This document shows, piece by piece, positions 10,988-19,594 of a stretch of DNA of 27,641 nucleotides. The DNA comes from Thecamonas trahens ATCC 50062 (lineage: Eukaryota; Protista; Apusomonadida). The stretch is from positions 1-27,641 of the forward strand of contig NW_013657674.1 of the NCBI RefSeq assembly GCF_000142905.1, read 5' to 3'. Position numbers and translations under genes: made by a program. Each line of letters opens with the position of its first letter. Position 1 is the stretch's first letter. The notes under the pieces were generated by a model that ran no database searches, was not told the DNA's origin, and saw nothing but the letters and a program-made list of their open reading frames with translations.

Positions 10988-11115
10988 GACCGTACCCTAC
11001 ACCGCGACGACAAGTGGGCTCTCGCTCTCGCCCTCCTCCCCGGTCACCAGCCACCGACCCACCGCGAGGTTTGACCACGCCGGCCCACAAAAAGGTCGTG
11101 CTTTTCCTTCCACCC

Positions 11116-14100
11116 ATGCCTACCAAGCACTTTACTTACTTCCAAGGTGGCTCGAACGTACAGCCCGCCATGTCACGCCCGGCCCTGGCCGCCCTCGGCT
11201 GCCAGCGGGTCGGGGACAAGGTCTACTGCGATGCATGCATGGTGCTGTTGGCGCCGCCCGACCCATACTACAACTGCCTCGACTGCGCCGACTTTGACCT
11301 CTGCCCCGCCTGCTTCTCGCCAGTCGCGTCTCCGGCTGACTCTCTCGATTCGCTCAATCACCCCGGCCACGATGCCTTCCCGCACCCGTACCCACCCCAT
11401 CATCCCGGCTGTGAAGACCACATGTTTGTGCGGGTGACGATGGCCACGAGTGTTGCACGGAGCCGCGTGTGCTGCCAGCCGCCCCACCCTCGCGCCGCGC
11501 TCCTTGAGGCGATGTTCCAGGCTTACGGCCCCCGCCCGAGCCTCGGTGTCTTTCCCTTCCGCCCATCAAACTGGTGGAGCTACGCTGAGCTTGGTCTCCG
11601 AGTTCGTTCTGCTGCCGCCAAGCTTGTCGATGCTTCCGCAGGCCTCTCGGGCCGTCCAACGGTGGTTGTGTTGGGGGCCAACTCGCGAGCCTGGCTCGTC
11701 GCCGACATGGCGGTGTGCTGGATCGGAGGCCTCACCATCCCGCTCAGCACCTCGATGAGCGACAGCGCGCTGGTAGCCGCAGCTGATCTTGCAGCTGCAA
11801 ACATGATCGTGTGCGACGATGCCAGTGCCGACCGCCTGGCGCTCCTCCTTCCCGCGCTGCCGACGGTGTCGATGGAGGCACTGGCAGAGCGTTGCGAAGC
11901 GCAAGTTGCGGACCCGGTCTCTGTTTGCCCCCACGAGTTGACCACGCTCTTTTTCTCCTCGGGTACGTCCGGCAACCCAAAGGCAGTCATCTGCACCGAT
12001 GCCATGTTTGTCTCGGACGCCGTCTTTCCGCTCTCGCCACTCCTTCAGCCGCTGGTCCACCTCTCGTGGCGGCCCCTGGCCCATGCCAACGATCGCACCA
12101 TGTGCGCGCGCATCCTGACGTCAGGCGGTCGGGTCGGCGTGTGGCGCGGTGACCCTGCGCTGCTGTTTGACGACTTTTACACCCTGGCCCCGATTCGGAC
12201 CGCGCTCCCGCCGGCAGTCCTCTCTCGTCTCTACAACGAGTACACGGCCGCGCTCGCCGACACCGACGCCGATCTTGACATTGTTCGCAAGACCTTCAGT
12301 GCCGCTTTTGGCCAGCGCATCAAACTGATCACCGTCGGAGGCGCCCCGGTCCCACGCCACGTCTTAGCCTGGGCCAAGGATCTGTTCACCTCTGCCGACG
12401 TTGTGGAGACGTACGGCATTACCGAAGCTGGCGGCGTGGCTGCCGACGGCCGCATTGTTCCGGGCGTTCAAGTCAAGCTCGTTGACGTGCCCGAGATGGG
12501 GTACGCAACCACCGACAAGCCGCACCCACGTGGTGAGATCCTGGTCAAGTCGGCACAGCTTGCACCGGGCTACTTTTGCGACGATGCTGGCACTGCAGCT
12601 GCCTTTCTCGACGACGGCTGGTACGTCACCGGTGACATTGGTGTCATGCCGGCGCCTGACGAGCTGCATGTCATCGACCGCCGATCTGCGTGCTTCAAGC
12701 TGGCAAACGCAACCTGGGTCACTCCCGGTCGAGTCGAGAACGCGCTCCTTGTCGCGCTACCGCAGCTGAGAGCGGTGGTGGTCATGCAGGGCGTCGGTGA
12801 ACTGGCCCGATTCCCCGCATGCGTCGCCGTTGTCGACTCTTCTGACGTCGGCTCGGTTGCCGACGCCATCGCCACTGCCACCGCCTCGGCTCACGCCGGC
12901 CTCCCACACATCCCTTCCCATGCGGTGGCGGTGGCGACCGTGCCTTTTTCTGTTGCCGATGGCACGATGAACGCGTCCGGAAAGGTCGTCCGCGCCCGGG
13001 TCCGAGCAAAGTATCTCGAGGCGCTTCGCTCGCAAGCTGCGCAGTTGTTGGAAGACACCGTGGCCACCTCAGTGGCCAGCGTGGTTGGTGAGCTTGGCGT
13101 CGACGATCACTGGTTTGATCGCGGAGGCCTCTCGTCCATCGACGCGCTCTCGCTGGCGAGCCGGCTTCAGTCGAGCCTCGGAGTCGAGCTCGACGTCGCC
13201 GACCTGTACCGGGCACCAACGGTGCGGGCGCTGACTGCTCTCGTCGGCGGCTCCGCCCTCGCACAGCCTGCCAAGCCGACAGTTGCCAACTGGGCTGCCG
13301 CCAAGGCACAGGCCGAGGCGTGGATGGCCGAGCGGTGGCAGGACGTGCCGCCATCGGACGGCTGCGGGGCGGCAGGACGGGTCATCGTTTCGGGTGCGAC
13401 TGGCTTTGTGGGCTCGTTCCTCGTCGCAGCTCTCCTTAATGCCGGAGACGTGTCCGAGCTTGTTGCGCTTGTTCGTCGTCGAGGTGGCGGGCACGCTGCG
13501 GCGGCTGCCCGACTGCACAAAGTGCTGTGCGGCATCGGGGTTGAACACGAGACCCTCAAGTCGCGGCTCACGGTGGTGGGCATTACTTCGATCGGCGACG
13601 TGCGCTTTGGTCTCAGTGCGCCCGAGTATGCGGCGGTGGTGGGAGGCGACGGCGCTGTGCGTGTTGTACACGCTGCCGCCGTTGTCTCGTCGGCTCCGTA
13701 TGAGGCACTGGCAAGCGTCAACGTATGCGGCGTGGTTGAGATGGCGCGACTGGCCGGGCTTGTGCGCGCGGCGCGAATGGATGTTGTCGGCTCGTTGAGC
13801 GGCAAAGGAGTGACGATGGAGTGCGGCGACATCGCCGCCGCCGCCGCTGCCGCTGACGCTGACTTTTCCGCCCGCGGTGGCTACGGGACGACCAAGGCGC
13901 TGGCCTCTCTTGTGGCAGAGCGCGCCGCGAGTCTCTGCCCCGCAGTCGTCGTCCACGTGTGTGGCCTGCTGGGGCCGAGCCGTGCCGGGTTCGGCAACTG
14001 GAACGACAGGGTCACCGTCTTGGTCCGCGCCATAGCAAAGACTGGCGAGGCACCGCCGCGGCGGAGCTACTCGTTCCAGCTCTTTCCAGTCGACGAGGCG

Positions 14101-14424
14101 GTCGTGGTCATGCTGGGCGCTGATGCGAGCAGTGAAGTGGTGGGCGAAGCGGTGCTCGCGCTCGATGATGTGCTCGACGCGCTGCCGGTCCGCCTCCGGC
14201 ACGCCGGGTCTCTCGCCGAGTGGGTGGAAGCCGTGCTAGTTGCCCTGCAGAAGCAAGGCGATGAGAGACTGCATGCCGCGTTTAGCACGCTCTACCGCAA
14301 CGGCGGCGGCGGTTGTGCCGATGTGGCGGAGGTGAGCACCGGTGTGGATGCTGCGGCTTATGCGGCTTGGGTGGCGGAGCGTGTGGCGGAGACGTCGTGT
14401 GGCGGAGCAGCCGCGTCGTCTTAA
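11116..14424 (+). CDS. ZZ zinc finger fused to a carboxylic acid reductase-like NRPS module (adenylation-thiolation-reductase)
   Basis: ZZ: CDAC..YNCLDCADFDLCPAC..H..H. A domain: FSSGTSGNPK, PLAH, YGITE, KLVDVPEMGYATTDKPHPRGEILVKS, GWYVTGDIG, IDRR..FKL, SGK. T domain: FDRGGLSS. R domain: SGATGFVG, HAAA, GYGTTK. Confidence 0.88.
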   Translation: MPTKHFTYFQGGSNVQPAMSRPALAALGCQRVGDKVYCDACMVLLAPPDPYYNCLDCADFDLCPACFSPVASPADSLDSLNHPGHDAFPHPYPPHHPGCEDHMFVRVTMATSVARSRVCCQPPHPRAALLEAMFQAYGPRPSLGVFPFRPSNWWSYAELGLRVRSAAAKLVDASAGLSGRPTVVVLGANSRAWLVADMAVCWIGGLTIPLSTSMSDSALVAAADLAAANMIVCDDASADRLALLLPALPTVSMEALAERCEAQVADPVSVCPHELTTLFFSSGTSGNPKAVICTDAMFVSDAVFPLSPLLQPLVHLSWRPLAHANDRTMCARILTSGGRVGVWRGDPALLFDDFYTLAPIRTALPPAVLSRLYNEYTAALADTDADLDIVRKTFSAAFGQRIKLITVGGAPVPRHVLAWAKDLFTSADVVETYGITEAGGVAADGRIVPGVQVKLVDVPEMGYATTDKPHPRGEILVKSAQLAPGYFCDDAGTAAAFLDDGWYVTGDIGVMPAPDELHVIDRRSACFKLANATWVTPGRVENALLVALPQLRAVVVMQGVGELARFPACVAVVDSSDVGSVADAIATATASAHAGLPHIPSHAVAVATVPFSVADGTMNASGKVVRARVRAKYLEALRSQAAQLLEDTVATSVASVVGELGVDDHWFDRGGLSSIDALSLASRLQSSLGVELDVADLYRAPTVRALTALVGGSALAQPAKPTVANWAAAKAQAEAWMAERWQDVPPSDGCGAAGRVIVSGATGFVGSFLVAALLNAGDVSELVALVRRRGGGHAAAAARLHKVLCGIGVEHETLKSRLTVVGITSIGDVRFGLSAPEYAAVVGGDGAVRVVHAAAVVSSAPYEALASVNVCGVVEMARLAGLVRAARMDVVGSLSGKGVTMECGDIAAAAAAADADFSARGGYGTTKALASLVAERAASLCPAVVVHVCGLLGPSRAGFGNWNDRVTVLVRAIAKTGEAPPRRSYSFQLFPVDEAVVVMLGADASSEVVGEAVLALDDVLDALPVRLRHAGSLAEWVEAVLVALQKQGDERLHAAFSTLYRNGGGGCADVAEVSTGVDAAAYAAWVAERVAETSCGGAAASS

Positions 14425-14500
14425 GCCGCGCGTTTGGGGTGCGCTGGAAAGCCGCCCGCAAGACCCAACCACTCTTTCGACGACCTTTTACACATACATC

Positions 14501-14896
14501 ATGCCTGCTGCACCTGAGGATGGCGACGGCAACGGTCACGAGTGCACATGCTCGGCAAGCGAGTTTGTCATCGACGTGGCGCAGAGTGGGGCCGGCCAGG
14601 GCCGGATCATGCGTGTCTGGGGATGCGACGAGAAGAAGGCTGGCGAGAGCAAGGTCATCTGGAGCTGCGGCGCGGACCACGTGGACTGGAACGCGTTCGC
14701 CGCTGCCCGCCGGTTCCCGCGCGGATTTGTGGAGAGCGGGCGCGGGCACATCCATGTCCCGTTCCAGCCAGTCGACGACGACGAGGTTGTTGGCGGCGTC
14801 ATCATCCCGTTTGTGTGCGGCGCCAAGCGCGCGCTCTGCCGCGTCGCTACCCCTCCCGGCCAAGTTGCAGGCTCGCTCTGCTCATGGATGATGTAG
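14501..14896 (+). CDS. Small hypothetical protein (131 aa)
   Basis: ATG after an A/C-rich leader; codon bias like neighbouring genes; no recognised motif. Confidence 0.6.
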   Translation: MPAAPEDGDGNGHECTCSASEFVIDVAQSGAGQGRIMRVWGCDEKKAGESKVIWSCGADHVDWNAFAAARRFPRGFVESGRGHIHVPFQPVDDDEVVGGVIIPFVCGAKRALCRVATPPGQVAGSLCSWMM

Positions 14897-15130
14897 ATGC
14901 AGAACGTTGAGCCTGCTTGTAGTCAGGCCCCAATGAAACTTGACACGATGTCGTTGCTCCGGGGGAAAACGAACAGGAGGGGAGAAAAACAGAGACATCA
15001 TTGAAAGATAGCCATGCCCTGTCACCTTCTTTCCAACACACCCACACCACCAGCACGACACCGCCAGACGCTGCTCCCGGTCTCCGCCACCTCCCACTCC
15101 CACATTCCTCCACTCCCACTCCACTCAATT

Positions 15131-15165
15131 CCACCTTCCACCTTCCACCTTCCACCTTCCACCTT
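15131..15165. repeat. (CCACCTT)5 tandem repeat
   Basis: Five perfect 7-mers upstream of the MAP2K gene. Confidence 0.9.
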
Positions 15166-15320
15166 CCAAAGACCAACCTCGGTCCTTGGGTGAACCCTTA
15201 CACACAGCCACAACTCGTGACGTCGGAGCCCGACAGCCACAGCGCCCCCCCCCCCCCCCCCCCTACCCCTACCCCCCTCGTGCCGCCACCGTTTGGGACG
15301 GTCAAGTTTCGGACAGCTTC

Positions 15321-17845
15321 ATGTCGGCATCAGCAAGGACAACACCGCGACGGGGTGGGTCGAGCACCCCAGGTAGTGGCGCAGAGACGCTGGTTCGGTC
15401 GACGTCAGAGACTCAGCTAGACGTGCTGCGGCATGCGCTGCTCTCGGTCTTTCCGCCCGAGTCGGAGGACGCTCGCGAGGCGCTTGCCGCCGTCTCGGAG
15501 GCCACCTCGCTCGATGCGGCGCTCAACTATCTGATGGCACTGCCGCCGCTGCCGGACACCGAGGCGGATCGGGCGCTGACCGCGATTGTGCTGCGGTCCA
15601 AGGGCCCGTCGCCGCGCGACGATGTGGCGGCGGGCGCCGAGAGCGAAAACGCTGGCGACAGCGGCGGCGATGGCGGCAGGCCGGGGCCGGTGACGATTCC
15701 CGGAAGCGAGGCCTGCGCGCTAGAGGCGACACTTGCAGCGTCGCCAGGCTCGCCGCACTCGTCGCCGCCGCGGCCGCCGCTGCTGACCGTCCCGCCGCCA
15801 CCCACCTTTGAGTCGCTCATTGTGCCCGAACAGGAGCAGCTGTACCGCCTCTCGCCGGTGGCCAGCGGTGATGACGCGACGCTGGAAGAGCTGATGCAGC
15901 AGCTAGCAGACGGTCAGCAGAAGAGTGTGCGCGCGAGCAGCGGTTCGCCGCACTCGTTTACCGAAGCACGGACGGCCAAAGTGGCGTCGCTGGAGCACAA
16001 GATGGCGATCACGCCGCTGGCGGTCGATGTCAAGCGCGGAGCCGCGGCGATACCGGTCGACGTGGCGGCGGCGGTGGCGCAAGCAGAGGCCGGTGTCGGG
16101 CCGTTCTTCGACTCAGTCAAAAGAAGCGAGCCGGCCTCGCGGAGCTTGCGCCGCTGTCGGACGGGTCGGAGACTGGACTTGCACCGCTTGGCCCGCGGGC
16201 GCGGCGCCTGCCTGTAGCTGGGCGGGCTATTTCGCGGCCGGGCTTCAAGGTGCCGTCGCTTGCGTTGGTGGGCTCGAGCTCGGGTTCGTCGGGCCCGCAG
16301 TCTGTCGGGCCACGAGCAGTGCGGATCGACGAGGCCGGCAGCGAGTCGGCAAGCAACGAACCGCCGCGGCGGACGTTCTCGCTCCAGCCGCTGGCGGTCA
16401 AGCCGTTTGAAGGCGTGCGGGCGATCCGGACTGATGCCGGGCGCGAGCGGCACGCCGAGCCTGCGTCTGGTGGGCTCTCGCCGGGCCTGGCGTCCATTCT
16501 GGGTAAGGCAGCCAAGACGACGCCGCTGGCAGACGAGACTGACGACGACTTGCTCGACTTGATCAACATCTCTGACGACGACGACGCAGCGCTGTTTGAG
16601 GCGTCGGATACCGGAACGCTCTCGGGAGCGCTGATGAGCGGTGGCAGCGGGCGCAGCAGCGAGCTGGTGAGCTCGCGCGGGACGCTGGAGGATGTCGAGA
16701 ACGGGCTGCGGATGACGCCGTTTGGGTTTTCGATGCTCTCCGAGTCGTGCGGGCATACCGAGGCCATGTTCTCCCCTCGCGTCACGCCGCGGCTGCTGGA
16801 GCGGTTCGAGGCCAAGTGGGGCCAGCTGTCGGAGCGCCCTGTAGCTCAAGGACTCGGATCAGGCGCGAGCAACGGCGAGGGCGGAGTGAGCGGGGGTGGA
16901 AAGGCCACCGCCGGTGGCGTCCGCGGCGTGGCGTTCAACGAGTTGGAGATCCTGGGCAAGCTCGGCAAGGGTGCGTCCGGCACAGTGTTCAAGGTCCGGC
17001 ACATTCCGTCGGGCGAGTTGATGGCGGAGAAGACAATTCCGCTTGCGACAAACCCTGATATCCGCAAGCGGATTGCACGCGAGCTGCGGGTGCTTGCGCG
17101 GTGTGACTCGCCATTTATTGTCCAGTTCAAGGGCGCGTTCTTTTCCGAGGGCTCGATCAAGGTGTGCATGCAGTACATGGACCGCGGCTCGCTCCGCGAC
17201 CTGTACGCAGCCGTGGGCTCGGTGCCTGAGCCTGCACTTGCCGCCTTTGCCCTCTCGATCACCGAAGGCCTGCACTACCTCAAGACCCGACTCAACGTCA
17301 TGCATCGCGACGTCAAGCCGGAAAACGTGCTGGTCAACTCTGCGGGCGAGGTTAAGCTCTGCGACTTTGGCGTATGCGTCAACCTGGTCAACTCGCTGGC
17401 GTCGTCTGTGATCGGGACGCAGTTGTACTTTGCGCCCGAGCGGCTAAGCCACACCTCCGAGGGCCCTGCGCCGTACACCGTCCAGGCCGACGTGTGGTGC
17501 ATGGGCCTCCTCCTCGCCGAGGTCGCGCTGGGTGAGTTTCCGTACCCGCCGCGCGAGCACGGGCCCGACTGGACGCCGCCTACAGTCGGTGCGCCGCCGC
17601 CGAGCCTCTCCATCATGGAGCTTCTGTACTTTTTCCTCAACGCCGACTCGCCGTCGCTGCCGTCGCCGGCATACTCGGAGCAGGCGCGGTCGTTCATCAA
17701 CGCGTGCTTGATGAAGGACGGCAAAGCACGGCCAACGCCGTCGGAGCTCCTCAAGCACCCGTTCATCGCCGCCAACGCCTTTCCCGACTTTCACCTCGGC
17801 GAGTGGCTGTCCAAGGTCTACGACGGCGACTCCGCGTCGGCGTAG
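15321..17845 (+). CDS. STE7-family MAP kinase kinase with a long N-terminal extension; one-base frameshift at ~16119-16122
   Basis: LGKGASGTV, IARELRVL, CDSPFIVQFKGAF, MQYMDRGSL, HRDVKPEN, DFG..LVNSLASSVIGT..YFAPER. ORFs 15186..16217 and 16250..17845 join if the AAAA run has five As. The kinase domain is secure; the join is inferred. Confidence 0.85.
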
Positions 17846-17890
17846 CAAGTGGCAGCGTCGAGTATGAAACGATGCAGATCCCCTCTCCCA

Positions 17891-18441
17891 CTATGACCCG
17901 GTGGAAACGCGCGTCGAGGCGGCAGCAAGCCGGCGACGCTCGTTCTCAAGCTCGACCTCGCGCTGCAGAGCATCGTAAAGGATCTCCTCTATCTCGGCAT
18001 GGCCCTTGCGCCGGGCATAGTCGATGGCAAGATAGCCGGCATGGGTTCTGATGGTCGACTTGGCGCCATGCTCGAGGAGGAGGCGGACGCTGGACGGACC
18101 GGGCGCCCAGCGGACCGGGCGCGCAAAACATGTGAGTCAGGTGGTGGACGAAGATGGAAGAAGGGAACGGGAGGAGGGAGCAGTTCGTACCATCCCTTAT
18201 TGCCTTGGTAGGCGGCTGTGTGCAAGCAGGTCCATCCGCCCGGATCGCATCGGGCGTTGACGACCTCGGGCGCCTCGTGGCTCAGCGCCTCCAACCGGCT
18301 CCGCAGCCGCTTGACCGACCCGGCCCGCGAGAGCTTGACCAACTCGGAGACCTGTTGACGGAGCTGGTCAGCAGCAGCCTCGGCCATGGCAACAGCCGCC
18401 TCGTCCCGTATGGTCACCCCCTGTTGGCTGTCGTCCGCCAT
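17891..18441 (-). CDS. Small ankyrin-repeat protein (149 aa); intron 18090-18190
   Basis: Splicing GTACGA..TCCAG gives VNARCDPGGWTCLHTAAYQGNKGCVRLLLEHGAKSTIRTHAGYLAIDYARRKGHAEIEEIL. Confidence 0.88.
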
Positions 18442-18693
18442 GTGCCAGCAGCGGGAGTGCGTCGGAGAGAGCTGTCGAGACCAAGGCCGGCGGCATCAGC
18501 CACTACCGCACGCTACCAACAGCGGTGGTGATGGCGGATGGCGGCGGTGGTGGCAGGCAGGCCAGGGGATCAGCTTGCAAGAGACAGAAGAAACCGATCA
18601 CGACATGAGTAGCCATGACCAACATCATTGAGGGGTGAATGAGCTGTAATCGGGCTGTGACTGGCCAGCAACCAGCTCTCGCTTCCTTGGTGC

Positions 18694-18773
18694 GCTCGGC
18701 TCGTTAGGCTCGGTCACGTCGGCTCGCTCGGCTCGGTCACCTCGCTCACCTCGGCTCGGCTCGGCTCACCTCG
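18694..18773. repeat. Degenerate (GGCTC)n/CACCTC microsatellite directly upstream of the RCE1 start codon
   Basis: ctcggctcg / ctcggtcac / cacctc units. Confidence 0.7.
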
Positions 18774-18775
18774 CC

Positions 18776-19576
18776 ATGATCCACAGCCTACTCTACTGCG
18801 TTACTACGACGCTTGCCTTTGTCGGCTCGCTCTACCTCTGGCCCAACCCGCAGCAGCTCTCCCGTGACGAGCCGGCTATCATCAAGCGGCGGCTGGTGTC
18901 CATCGTGGTGGTCTCGGTCGCTGCCACTGGCTGGCTCTGGCTCGGCTTCCTCCCTCACGCTACCCTAGGCCAGCTGCTTGTCCACGTTGGTCTCCTGCCG
19001 CCGTACTCTGCCTGGGGCTGGCTGGTCTCGCTCGCTCTTCCGCTGGCGGCATCAATGGCGTGCTTCGCCGGCCCTCTGGTCATGGCCTACGTCGACGAGG
19101 AGCTGCCTGGCCAGCGGCGATCGTATCTTGCTGCTCTCGAGCCGTGGGTGGCGATGCGGAACGTGGTCATTGCTCCGCTTGGCGAAGAGTATGTCTTCCG
19201 TGCGCTGCTGATGACGGCGCTGCGGGCAGAGGGCTTCTCCTGGGGAACTGCGTCGCTCATCTCGCCGCTCTGCTTTGGCCTCGCCCATCTGCACCTCTAC
19301 TTTGCCGGCCGCCCGCTCGTCGCCCTCCTTGTCATGCTCTGCTACACCTCCATCTTTGGCGGCTACTCTGGCCTGCTCTTTGCCGCCACCCGCTCGTTCT
19401 GGCCGCCTGTTGCTGTCCACGCCTTTTGCAACTACATGGGCCTGCCCGAGTTTGCCGCCATGCCCGGCCATCGGGCCAAGGTCGCCATTCTCGTTGCGCT
19501 CTTTACCGGCGTCGCCATCTTTGCGCTCACCTTTGACCACGTCACATCTGCCGCGAGCTACGGGCACCAGCCGTAA
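18776..19576 (+). CDS. RCE1: CAAX prenyl protease 2 (CPBP family)
   Basis: RDEP..IKRR, RNVVIAPLGEEYVFR, FGLAHLH, YTSIFG, HAFCNYMGLP; several hydrophobic helices. Confidence 0.92.
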   Translation: MIHSLLYCVTTTLAFVGSLYLWPNPQQLSRDEPAIIKRRLVSIVVVSVAATGWLWLGFLPHATLGQLLVHVGLLPPYSAWGWLVSLALPLAASMACFAGPLVMAYVDEELPGQRRSYLAALEPWVAMRNVVIAPLGEEYVFRALLMTALRAEGFSWGTASLISPLCFGLAHLHLYFAGRPLVALLVMLCYTSIFGGYSGLLFAATRSFWPPVAVHAFCNYMGLPEFAAMPGHRAKVAILVALFTGVAIFALTFDHVTSAASYGHQP

Positions 19577-19594
19577 GCGGTAACAACCGTCCGT

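Noticed and set aside
14923-15001. Minus-strand AUGAUGU...CUGA pair at snoRNA-like spacing; also a loose U4-like CCAAUGA..UUGCU..GAAAAC on the plus strand
   Set aside because: No terminal stem, no convincing rRNA/snRNA complement, no K-turn partner or Sm site. Worth including in a snoscan run only.
15131-15165. (CCACCTT)n as a telomere or CRISPR-like array
   Set aside because: Only five contiguous units, no spacers, internal position.
18570-18628. Another minus-strand AUGAUGU...CUGA pair
   Set aside because: Short, lacks a closing stem, and has at most ~7 nt of rRNA complementarity.
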